A model generated the notes under the pieces. That model was not told the origin of the DNA. It saw only the letters and a program-made list of their open reading frames with translations, and did no database searches. From an uncultured Spirochaetota bacterium (GTDB lineage: Bacteria > Spirochaetota > Spirochaetia > SZUA-6 > Fen-1364): 64,000 bases of DNA. The position numbers and the translations under genes were made by a program. The stretch covers positions 512,001 through 576,000 of the forward strand of contig CAVTHO010000008.1 in the NCBI GenBank assembly GCA_963734545.1. Reading direction: 5' to 3'. Positions 53,313 to 62,408 of this stretch are shown here, in pieces; the stretch's first letter is position 1, and each line of letters begins with the position of its first letter.

Positions 53313-54317
53313 ATGCTTTGCGGTTCTCTGCCCTCGCCCTTGCTGCCGCGTCCGGCCTGGCAGCGTGCCAAAGGCCAGCAGACGCCATCCAGGCCTCCGG
53401 CACAATCGAGGCCACGAGCGTGCAGGTGTCCGCCCGTTCAACAGGCCAGATCGTTCGACTCGTCGGTGAAGAAGGAATGAGCGTCAAACAGGGAGATCTG
53501 CTGGCAGAAGTGGATCACTCCACGCTCGACCTTCAGCTCTCACAGGCCAGGAGCGGGGTCGACCTGGCCCGGGCCCAGCTCAACCTCCTGGTCGAAGGGG
53601 CACGGGCAGAGGACCTGGTCCAGGCCCGTGAGCAGCTCAACCAGGCCAACGATGCGCTGAAAAGCGCCGCGGACGACTACGAAAGGATGAAGAGCCTGTT
53701 TGCAGGAGGCGCGGCCACCAAGAAGCAGAGAGACGACGCGGAGACCCGGTTCACCATGGCGAGAGCGCAGGCGAATGCCGCGGATCAGGCGCTCAAGAAG
53801 CTCGAAAACTTCGCCCGGCCGGAAGAGGTCAAGGCGGCCCTGGCCCGGCTGGATCAGGCAGCGTTCTCCGTCAAGCTGTTACAGAAGGCAATTGAAGACT
53901 GCACCGTCGAGGCGCCGGTGGAAGGGGTGATCACGGAAAAGCTCATCGAAAAAGGGGAGCTTGCAGCGCCGAACAGCGGGCTTTATGTCATCACCGACCT
54001 CGCCCGCGTGAAGCTCACGATTTATGTGCCCGAGCCGGACCTGGGGCGCATCCAGCTGGGGCAGGAGGCTCGCGTCTCGGTGGACTCGCATCCCGGGCAC
54101 GACCTTCCCCGGCACGGTGACCTGGATTTCCCCCGTGGCCGAGTTCACCCCCCGGGACATCCAGACCAGGGACGAGCGGGTCAAGCTGGTCTTCGCGGTG
54201 AAGATTGAGATCGCGAATTCCGACTTCATATTCAAGCCCGGGATGCCGGCAGACGCGAAGATCCCCCTGACCCGCCCAGATGCCACGGAGGACCGTGGCG
54301 GGAGCACGGCGCGGTGA
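53309..54317 (+). CDS. HlyD/YbhG-type membrane-fusion lipoprotein, frameshift near 54100
   Basis: LAAC lipobox, ASGTIEA, APVEGVI, ISPVAEFTPRDIQT. Confidence 0.9.
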
Positions 54318-55252
54318 GTGAGAGCGCAATCGAGATCTCCGGCCTCTCGAAGAGCTACGGAAAAGTGGAGGCAGTGCGGGATCTCCACCTGACCGTGGCG
54401 CGCAATGAGATGTTCGCCCTGGTCGGACCGGACGGCGCGGGCAAGACCACGACCCTCCGTCTTCTCTGCGGCGTCCTTGCGCCGCAGGCGGGAACAGCGC
54501 GGATCCTCGGCCATGACCTGTCGAAGGAACTGGCATGGATCAAGGAGCACATCGGCTATCTCTCCCAGCGCTTCAGTCTCTACGGGGACCTTACCGTGGA
54601 CGAGAACGTCGAGTTCTTCGCGAGGATCCACGGGCTTCGGGACTTCGCGGCGCGCCGCGAGGAGCTCCTCGCCTTCACGAGGCTTCTCCCGTTCCGCTCC
54701 CGTCTGGCGGAACGCCTGTCCGGCGGAATGCGGCAGAAGCTCGCGCTCGCCTGCACGCTCGTGCACCGGCCCCAGATCATCCTGCTGGACGAGCCCACCA
54801 CGGGCGTGGATCCGGTCTCCCGGCGGGACTTCTGGATCATCCTTTCCGGGCTCCTCCAGGAGGGCATCACGATCGTGATGACCACACCGTACCTGGACGA
54901 GGCGGAGCGGGCGACCCGGGTGGGGCTCATGAACAGCGGCCGCCTCATGGCCGCGGAAAGCCCCGGCAGAATAAAGGAGATCATGAAGGGAACGGTGCTC
55001 GAGATCGTATGCCCGGATATCCGCCGCGCCAGCGTCCTCCTGAAAAATGCGCCCGGGCTGCGCGAAGTGCAGCTCTTCGGGGACCGGTTGAACGTGGTGA
55101 CGGATGACGCCCCCGGCGGGGAGCACGCGATCCGACAGGCGCTGGAGAGCGCGCACATCAGGATCCTCTCCCTCAGGGTCGTCCCGCCGACTCTCGAGAA
55201 CGCCTTCATCTCCCTGATCAGGAACGAAAGCGAGGCACGTCATGAGAGCTGA
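54314..55252 (+). CDS. ABC-2 exporter ATPase (like the N-terminal half of YbhF)
   Basis: GPDGAGKTT, LSGGMRQK, LDEPTTGVDPVSRR, TTPYLDEA. Confidence 0.93.
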   Translation: MSESAIEISGLSKSYGKVEAVRDLHLTVARNEMFALVGPDGAGKTTTLRLLCGVLAPQAGTARILGHDLSKELAWIKEHIGYLSQRFSLYGDLTVDENVEFFARIHGLRDFAARREELLAFTRLLPFRSRLAERLSGGMRQKLALACTLVHRPQIILLDEPTTGVDPVSRRDFWIILSGLLQEGITIVMTTPYLDEAERATRVGLMNSGRLMAAESPGRIKEIMKGTVLEIVCPDIRRASVLLKNAPGLREVQLFGDRLNVVTDDAPGGEHAIRQALESAHIRILSLRVVPPTLENAFISLIRNESEARHES

Positions 55253-56582
55253 TCGGTGGGGGACGGTCTTCGCGGCCGCGGCCCTGGCAATCGGCCTTGG
55301 TGTCCTGCCGGCGCCCGGAGCCGCGGCTGATGAAGCCCGCGTGCTCGGCCTGGAAGAGTGTATCCAGCTCGGGCTTGCAGGAGACCCCGGCCTTCGCTCC
55401 GACGAGCTGGAGGCAAGGATCGGGGAGGCGCGGCTTCGCGAGATGAGGGGCCAGATGCTCCCATCCGTTGCCGTGCAGGGATCCTACGCGCGTCTTTCCG
55501 AAGTGGACGCCGGAGCGCTCGACACGCCGCTGGGGCCCATCGCCTTCCCGGCTCCCCTCGTCAACAGCACGAGCGTGCGATTGAGCGTGCAGCAGCCGCT
55601 CTTCACCGGGCAGCGCATCTCCAGCTCCATCCGGCAGGCCGAGGCGCTCCGCGATGCCGGCAGAGGTGACGTATCGAAGAGCCGTCTCGAGCTGCGCTAT
55701 GCCGTCACGGAAGCCTACTGGAACCTGGCAAAAGCGCGGGCCCAGGAGCAGGCGATGCGGGAGAGCGTGGCACAGCTCGACGCGCACCTGGCGGACGCGC
55801 GCAAGCTGCTCGACCAGGGAATGGTGACCCGCAACGATGTGCTCCAGGCGCAGATGCGACTGGAGGACGCGAAGATCGAGCTGGCCGGCGCGGAAAACCT
55901 GCGCCAGCTTTCCCGGGTCCGTCTTGCGCAGCTCATCGGGCTGCCGTGGAACACCGTGATCGAAGTCCGGGAGCCGCCGCTCGAACCGGCAGAGGCGCCG
56001 TCGGAGAAGCTGGAAGAAGCGATCGGCAGGGCCCTCGCCTCCCGGCCCGAGCTCCTGACCGCGCGCTCCCGGATATCCGCGCAGGAGGCATCCGTGGACC
56101 TGGCCCGATCCGCGCTCTTTCCCAGCGTGTACCTCACGGGTGACTACACGCTGGCAGACCCCCACCCGCGTGTTTTCCCGCAATCGGACAAGTTTGTCGG
56201 GACATGGTCTGTGGGAATCATGGCATCGATCGACATCGGCCGTTATCCGCAGGCCCTGGCGCAGGCGGAGCAGGCCCGGGACAGGCTTGCGCAGGCCCGG
56301 GAAAGCTCGCGGAAGATCGCGGATGCGGTCACGACGGACGTGATCCGCGCGTATCTGTCCCTGACCGAGTCCACGCAGCGTCTTGCCTCGCTCGGCGGCG
56401 AGCTGGGGCAGGCGGAAGAGAACGAGAGGGTCGCGGCAGAGCGTTTCCGCCAGGGAGTCATCCTCGCTTCGGAGAGTCTCGATGCGCAGGCGCTCCTCGT
56501 GCGCGCCCGGCTGCGGCAGAGCCAGGCCCTGTTCGACGTCCTCATCGACCGGGCAGCCCTGGAGAAGGCGGTCGCGCGTTGA
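55242..56582 (+). CDS. TolC-family outer-membrane efflux protein
   Basis: Signal peptide, QQPLFTG, AYWNL, ALASRPEL, two OEP repeats. Confidence 0.88.
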   Translation: MRADRWGTVFAAAALAIGLGVLPAPGAAADEARVLGLEECIQLGLAGDPGLRSDELEARIGEARLREMRGQMLPSVAVQGSYARLSEVDAGALDTPLGPIAFPAPLVNSTSVRLSVQQPLFTGQRISSSIRQAEALRDAGRGDVSKSRLELRYAVTEAYWNLAKARAQEQAMRESVAQLDAHLADARKLLDQGMVTRNDVLQAQMRLEDAKIELAGAENLRQLSRVRLAQLIGLPWNTVIEVREPPLEPAEAPSEKLEEAIGRALASRPELLTARSRISAQEASVDLARSALFPSVYLTGDYTLADPHPRVFPQSDKFVGTWSVGIMASIDIGRYPQALAQAEQARDRLAQARESSRKIADAVTTDVIRAYLSLTESTQRLASLGGELGQAEENERVAAERFRQGVILASESLDAQALLVRARLRQSQALFDVLIDRAALEKAVAR

Positions 56583-57517
56583 GCGTCCCGGCCATCCACG
56601 CGCACGAGCTCACAAAGCGCTTCGGCTCCTTCCTTGCCGTGGATGCCGTCTCGTTCGAGGTCCCCACCGGCAGCATCTTCGGTCTCCTGGGGGCGAATGG
56701 CGCGGGCAAGTCCACCACGATCCGCATGCTCTGCGGCCTTCTCTCCTCCAGCTCCGGCACGGCCGAGGTGGCAGGGATCGACATCAACGACAATCCCGAG
56801 GGGGTGAAGCGAAGGATCGGGTACATGTCGCAGCGCTTCTCCCTCTATGACGACCTGACCGTGGAAGAGAACATCCGCTTCTTTGGAGGCGTCTACGGGC
56901 TTTCCAACGGGGAGCTCGCGGCCGGTGTACGGGAGACTGCCGGCCTTGCCGGCCTGGCGGGCAGGGAGAAGAGCCTCACACGCGAGCTTTCCGGTGGATG
57001 GAAGCAGCGCCTCGCGCTGGGCTGCGCCATTCTCCACCGGCCCGGCATCGTCTTCCTGGACGAGCCGACCGGCGGCACCGACCCTCTCTCCCGCAGGCTT
57101 TTCTGGGACATCATCAACGGGCTGGCGGAGCGGGGAACGACCGTGCTCGTGACGACTCACTACCTGGACGAGGCGGAATACTGCAACGAGCTCGTCCTGA
57201 TGCACGCGGGAAGAATCGTCGCGCGGGGGAGCCCGGGAGAGCTGAAGCGGGACGTCATCACCGGCGTCGTGTGCGAGCTCGAGTGCCCGCAGCCGGTCGA
57301 GGCCATGGCGGCCCTGAGGAACGTCCCTGCCGCGCGGGAGACCGCCATCTTCGGGACCCGGCTCCACGTGAACGTGGAGAGCGAGGCGGACGCGCCGGTC
57401 GTCGTGCGCGCGCTCGAGGTCGCCGGCATCCCGGTGCGGAGCTGCGTGCGGATCATTCCCTCCCTGGAAGACGTGTTCATCCGACTCATCAGTCAAAACC
57501 CGGAGGCGGGGCAATGA
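56579..57517 (+). CDS. ABC-2 exporter ATPase (like the C-terminal half of YbhF)
   Basis: GANGAGKST, GYMSQRFSLY, SGGWKQR, TTHYLDEAEYC; TTG start overlaps the tolC stop. Confidence 0.92.
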   Translation: MSVPAIHAHELTKRFGSFLAVDAVSFEVPTGSIFGLLGANGAGKSTTIRMLCGLLSSSSGTAEVAGIDINDNPEGVKRRIGYMSQRFSLYDDLTVEENIRFFGGVYGLSNGELAAGVRETAGLAGLAGREKSLTRELSGGWKQRLALGCAILHRPGIVFLDEPTGGTDPLSRRLFWDIINGLAERGTTVLVTTHYLDEAEYCNELVLMHAGRIVARGSPGELKRDVITGVVCELECPQPVEAMAALRNVPAARETAIFGTRLHVNVESEADAPVVVRALEVAGIPVRSCVRIIPSLEDVFIRLISQNPEAGQ

Positions 57518-58647
57518 GCGGGGGCCGGATCGCCACGATTGCATTCAAGGAGCTTCGCCAGATATCGCGGGACCCCGCCACCCTGGGCACGCTCCTCCTC
57601 CTGCCGCTCTTCCTCCTGGTCATGTTCGGCTATGCAATCAGCCTCGATATCACGCACATTCCCCTCGCCGTTCTGGACCGGGATCGGACGGAAACGAGCA
57701 GGGCGTTCATCGATTCCTTCCTTCATTCCGAGTTTTTCGATCTGAAGTCGGTGATGCGGAACGAAAATGAGATCGACGGCCTCCTGGACGAGGGAAAGGC
57801 GCTCGTGGCGCTCGTGATCCCCCGCGGATTCGGCGCCGATGTTCTGCGGGGGCGAAGGACGGAGATGCAGGCCATCGTGGACGGCTCCAACGGGAACACG
57901 GCGGCAACCGCCATGGGCTACGTGCAGGCAGTGACCGCCGACTGGTCCCAGCGGGCATTCGTGCGCTCCCTCCAGCGCGCGGGAATCACAGGCATGAGAT
58001 CAACGGTCGACTTCCGGCCGCGCGTGCTCTTCAACCCCGAGCTGCGAAGCGCGAACTTCCTCGTACCGGGCCTGATCGTGCTGATCCTCATCATGACGGC
58101 CGTCATGTCCACCGCGATTTCCATTGTGCGGGAGAAGGAACGCGGCACCATGGAGCAGCTCACCGTTTCCCCCGTGCAACCATTCGAGCTGATCGTCGGG
58201 AAGACCGTGCCGTATCTGCTCATCGGCCTTATCGCCGCGGGAGCCATCCTCGCGGCCAGCCGGCTGCTCTTCGGCGTCACCGTGAAGGGGAGCTTGCTCG
58301 ACCTCGGCCTGGTGACCCTGATTTTTCTGATCGGGTGCCTGGCACTCGGGGTGCTCATCTCGACCCTGTCGGACAGCCAGCAGGTGGCTTTCCTTGTCTC
58401 CGTCCTGCTCACGCTCCTTCCGACATTCATCCTTTCCGGCTTCGTCTTTCCCTTCCGCAACATGCCGGGAATCATCCAGGCGATAAGCTACATCCTCCCC
58501 GGCCGTTACTACCTCTCGGCCCTTCGGAGCATCATGCTGAAGGGCGCGGGGTTCTGGGCCTGCAGGGACCAGGCAGGCGCGCTGCTCCTCTTTGCCGCGG
58601 TCATGGCCGGAGGCAGCGTTCTCCGGCTCAGGAGGCAGCGGAAATGA
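57514..58647 (+). CDS. ABC-2 permease (YbhS-like)
   Basis: KELRQI.RD, FNPEL, VPGL, REKERGTMEQL, LSGF. Confidence 0.92.
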   Translation: MSGGRIATIAFKELRQISRDPATLGTLLLLPLFLLVMFGYAISLDITHIPLAVLDRDRTETSRAFIDSFLHSEFFDLKSVMRNENEIDGLLDEGKALVALVIPRGFGADVLRGRRTEMQAIVDGSNGNTAATAMGYVQAVTADWSQRAFVRSLQRAGITGMRSTVDFRPRVLFNPELRSANFLVPGLIVLILIMTAVMSTAISIVREKERGTMEQLTVSPVQPFELIVGKTVPYLLIGLIAAGAILAASRLLFGVTVKGSLLDLGLVTLIFLIGCLALGVLISTLSDSQQVAFLVSVLLTLLPTFILSGFVFPFRNMPGIIQAISYILPGRYYLSALRSIMLKGAGFWACRDQAGALLLFAAVMAGGSVLRLRRQRK

Positions 58648-59783
58648 GGACGATACTCTTCATCATCAGGAAGGAGTTTCACCAGATCTTTCGGGACAAG
58701 CGCCTGCTCCCGCTGATTTTCCTTTCACCCGTCGTGCAGATCCTGCTGCTGGGGTACGCCGCGAACATGGACGTGAAAGACATCCGGATGGCGGTCTGCG
58801 ACCAGGACAAAAGCGCGCAGAGCAGGGAGCTGATTGCGGGATTTCTCACCTCTGGCAGCTTTATCGTCAGCGCATATTCCCCCGACGCGCGCGCGGCAGA
58901 GCGAAGCATTGAACAGGGCACATCATCCCTCGCGCTGATCATACCGCCGGGGTTCGGGCGCATGCTGGAATCCTCACGGACGGCGCCTCTCCAGCTTCTC
59001 GCGGACGGCTCGGAGTCCCAATCCGCCGCCATCGGCCTTACCTACGCCACCCTTGTCGTCAGCGCGACCCAGGCACAGAGGGCGTCTGCGCGTCTTGCAG
59101 CGCTTGACCCCCGGCTTCTGCAAGCGGTCCGCAGGGTGCAGGTGGATCCGGCCATCCGCGTCCTCTACAACCCGACCCTTGCGAGCAGGAATTTCATGGT
59201 CCCTGGGGTTTTCGGACTGATCCTCATGATCATGACGACCGTGCTCACCTCGCTTTCCATCGTGAAGGAAAAGGAGCTGGGCACTCTCGAGCAGCTCATC
59301 GTCACGCCCATTACTCCCGGCCAGCTCATCATCGGGAAGCTGGCGCCATTCGTTCTGATCAGCGTCGTGATCATCACGCTTGTGCTCTTCAGCAGTCTCC
59401 TGCTGTTCGGTCTTGCCGCCCGGGGGAGCCTCCTGGTCCTGTACCTGCTGTCTCTCCTCTTCATGCTGACATCACTGGGCCTGGGCCTTTTTGTATCCAC
59501 GGTGGCGCGAAATCAACAGCAGGCAATGATGATCTCCATGTTTTTCATAATCATTCCGATGGTGATCCTTTCGGGCTTTGCCTTCCCGATAGAGAACATG
59601 CCGCCGGTCATCCAGGCGGTCACGTACCTGTTCCCCCTCCGCTACTATTTCGTCATCATCCGGGGACTCTTCCTGAAAGGGGTGAGCCTGGGGGAGCTGT
59701 GGAGGGAGGCGGGCGCCCTCCTGGCCATCGGGACCGTGGTCATCGTCGCGAGCGTGCTGCGCTTCCGCAAGAGACTGGAGTAG
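58644..59783 (+). CDS. ABC-2 permease (YbhR-like)
   Basis: KEFHQIFRD, YNPTL, KEKELGTLEQL, LSGFAFPIENMP. Confidence 0.92.
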   Translation: MRTILFIIRKEFHQIFRDKRLLPLIFLSPVVQILLLGYAANMDVKDIRMAVCDQDKSAQSRELIAGFLTSGSFIVSAYSPDARAAERSIEQGTSSLALIIPPGFGRMLESSRTAPLQLLADGSESQSAAIGLTYATLVVSATQAQRASARLAALDPRLLQAVRRVQVDPAIRVLYNPTLASRNFMVPGVFGLILMIMTTVLTSLSIVKEKELGTLEQLIVTPITPGQLIIGKLAPFVLISVVIITLVLFSSLLLFGLAARGSLLVLYLLSLLFMLTSLGLGLFVSTVARNQQQAMMISMFFIIIPMVILSGFAFPIENMPPVIQAVTYLFPLRYYFVIIRGLFLKGVSLGELWREAGALLAIGTVVIVASVLRFRKRLE

Positions 59784-59808
59784 GTCAGCATGCCGCAGGA
59801 GGCAATCC

Positions 59809-60966
59809 GTGAGGAAATTCCCTTTTCCTTTTCTTTTTGCCATGGCAGCCTTCTTTGGGTATGGCCTATGGGCACAGTCTCCCGAGCCGCCGATACTCGA
59901 TGATCCTCAGATTGACGCAAAAAGAGTGGCAATTCTGACGTACATCACCAACCTGTCAAAGGGTCCCTTTGTCGGCGCAATCAGCGGACAGAATGCCTTT
60001 CACGGCACTCAAATACTGGACACCGCATATGAACAGGGGTACAGGAAGCTCATCGAAGATCTGCACACGCAGACTGGAAAATGGGTGGGGATTCTGGGAG
60101 TTGACTATGAGTTCGCGCAGATATTCACCCCGGAAGAGCTTTCCCGGACAAATGCCGTTCTGATCGACTATGCCCACAAAGGCGGGCTTGTCACCATCAA
60201 CCTCACTCCGCAGAACCCATGGCTCAATGACGAGTCAGACCTGGTTCATAATCCGGGGACCTGGAACGGTCCTTCCGGCACGCAGAGCCCCGCAGGGTTG
60301 AAGGCGGTGACGAGCCTCAGGGACCTGCTCGACCCGGCAAAGCCGGTCCACGCTGCCTGGATGAGAAAACTGGACAGAGTCGCGGCAGCTCTGCAGGAAC
60401 TGAAGGCTGCGGGCGTCATCGTCCTGTGGCGGCCCATGCAGGAAATGAACGGAAGCTGGTTCTGGTGGGGAATGAAGTCCCACCCGAATGATCCTTCACC
60501 ATATGTAGACGTGTACCGGCATATGCATGACTACTTTACCAAGACCAAACATTTGAACAACCTGATCTGGGTCTATTCCCCCAATGCATCCTTGGGAGCA
60601 AACAACGCATCAGACTGGAACAGGACTGTCGACTGGGCCTACCCAGGCAGCTCCTTTGTGGACATCATCGCCGGGACCGCCTACGACGACTCCCTTACTA
60701 TCAGCGACTATCAGAAGTACGTCTCCATGGGGAAACCACTCGGGATCGCAGAGTACGGGCCCAAGACAGATGGACCGCTCGCCAAGAGCGGAACCCTCGA
60801 CACCACGAAAATCATCGCCAGAATCAAGAAGGATTATCCTCGCATTGCATATTGGGTCAGTTGGCACAGCTATCCGCAGGAGTGCTGGTCCATCATTTCC
60901 AATTTGAACTATGTCCAGCTGATGAATGATCCTGCTGTCATTACCCGGGATGATTTTCCCTGGTGA
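59809..60966 (+). CDS. Secreted GH26 glycoside hydrolase (beta-mannanase-like)
   Basis: Signal peptide; WRPMQEMNGSWFWWG (acid/base Glu), NNLIWVYSPN, YPG, IAEYG (nucleophile). Confidence 0.88.
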   Translation: MRKFPFPFLFAMAAFFGYGLWAQSPEPPILDDPQIDAKRVAILTYITNLSKGPFVGAISGQNAFHGTQILDTAYEQGYRKLIEDLHTQTGKWVGILGVDYEFAQIFTPEELSRTNAVLIDYAHKGGLVTINLTPQNPWLNDESDLVHNPGTWNGPSGTQSPAGLKAVTSLRDLLDPAKPVHAAWMRKLDRVAAALQELKAAGVIVLWRPMQEMNGSWFWWGMKSHPNDPSPYVDVYRHMHDYFTKTKHLNNLIWVYSPNASLGANNASDWNRTVDWAYPGSSFVDIIAGTAYDDSLTISDYQKYVSMGKPLGIAEYGPKTDGPLAKSGTLDTTKIIARIKKDYPRIAYWVSWHSYPQECWSIISNLNYVQLMNDPAVITRDDFPW

Positions 60967-61024
60967 AAACCGGTGTCGTGCCGCGCGTCTTTTCGCGGGG
61001 GCTCGTCGTCAGTATCTTTCCTCC

Positions 61025-61717
61025 ATGATTCTGCGTATCGGGACCAGCGGCTACAGTTACAAGGAATGGAAAGGCGTCTTCTATCCTGAAAACATCAAGC
61101 CGGCGGACATGCTCTCTTTCTATGCCCAGAGGCTTGGAACGGTAGAGATTAACAACACTTTCTACCACATGCCGACGCCAAAGGTGCTCGAGGGATGGGC
61201 CTCCCAGGTGCCGGAGACTTTCCGGTTCGTCCTGAAGACCTCGCAGAAGATCACTCACTACAAGCGCCTCAAGGGCGTGGAAGACGAGGCCGAGTACGTG
61301 GTGCGGATGTCACGCATTCTGGGGGCACGGCTCGGCGCGCTCCTGGTCCAGATTCCGCCCAACCTGGCCCGGGATGATGATCGTCTGGCGGCATTCCTCC
61401 CCCTGGTATCCGGAGCTCGGGTGGCGTTCGAGGTCCGCCATCCTTCCTGGCTCGAGCCCGAGGTGTTCGCTCTCCTGGGAAAACACAAGGTCGCGCTGGT
61501 CGCCAGCCAGACGGATGAAGAACCCGAACCGCGGCTCGTCCGCACCGCGCCGTGGGGCTACCTGCGCCTTCGAAAAACATCCTACACGCCCGCGGAGCTT
61601 GGCGCGTGGTCGAAGAGGATAACCGAACAGGCCTGGGACGAAGCGTTCGTGTTTTTCAAGCACGAACAGATCGGCCCGGACCTGGCCCGGCAGCTGACTG
61701 CGGCAGCGCCTTCATGA
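61025..61717 (+). CDS. DUF72/YecE-family protein
   Basis: IGTSGYSY..W...FYP, VEINNTFY, FEVRHPSW, YLRL. Confidence 0.92.
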   Translation: MILRIGTSGYSYKEWKGVFYPENIKPADMLSFYAQRLGTVEINNTFYHMPTPKVLEGWASQVPETFRFVLKTSQKITHYKRLKGVEDEAEYVVRMSRILGARLGALLVQIPPNLARDDDRLAAFLPLVSGARVAFEVRHPSWLEPEVFALLGKHKVALVASQTDEEPEPRLVRTAPWGYLRLRKTSYTPAELGAWSKRITEQAWDEAFVFFKHEQIGPDLARQLTAAAPS

Positions 61718-61718
61718 A

Positions 61719-62387
61719 TCAGGCGGCGGACTTCCGCCTCATGTACCTGATGGGAAAATACATGAAGTTCAGCAGGGTCCCCATGAGAACGGTAAACCCG
61801 AATACCCGGTAGGTGTTTCCCTTGTCCGTGAAACGATCGAATATGTCGTGCATCAGCTCCGCCGGATTTCCCAGAAGGTCCCAGCTGTTCCATCTCCAGA
61901 ATCTGCCGATGTAGATGCCGAAAGCAGCCACGTAGATCATGCAGAGGGAGAGGAGCGAGATCGTCTTCGCGCGCGCGCGAAATCTCTCCTTCAGGAAGTA
62001 CTCGATGTCCATGAGGCTGATGAAGCCATAGCAGAGACCCGCCCAGGCGAACGAGAGCACGATGATGAGGTCGAGCCACAGGGGGGCGCTCTCGATCTGC
62101 CGCAGGTGAATGAGATCGGTCAGAATGTAGAGGCAGTTGGGAAAGAACAGGAGCCACACTGCCATGATGACGAGAATGGCGACTCTGCTCGTCACGTTCC
62201 GGAGTATGGCCAGACTCGTCAGCAGCCAGGGGAGGAAAGCCAGAAAGAGATTCCAGTTCAGGAAAAGGTAGCCGTATGTGCCCGTGTAGAGGAACCTGAA
62301 CGCAGAGAGCATGACGCAATAGGTGGAGACGGCGAACAGGAATACGGTCAATCTGAGCCGGCCCCTCTCTCTCAGTCTGTCGAGCAT
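61719..62387 (-). CDS. DUF1361 membrane protein
   Basis: WNLFLAFLP, WLLFFPN..YILTDLIHL, GIYIGRF.RWNSWD. Confidence 0.9.
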   Translation of the reverse strand: MLDRLRERGRLRLTVFLFAVSTYCVMLSAFRFLYTGTYGYLFLNWNLFLAFLPWLLTSLAILRNVTSRVAILVIMAVWLLFFPNCLYILTDLIHLRQIESAPLWLDLIIVLSFAWAGLCYGFISLMDIEYFLKERFRARAKTISLLSLCMIYVAAFGIYIGRFWRWNSWDLLGNPAELMHDIFDRFTDKGNTYRVFGFTVLMGTLLNFMYFPIRYMRRKSAA

Positions 62388-62408
62388 GTTCCTCTCCTTG
62401 CGCCTCGG

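Noticed and set aside
59809-60966. Mobile element or integron cassette around the GH26 gene
   Set aside because: No terminal repeats, attC-like site or recombinase gene was seen.
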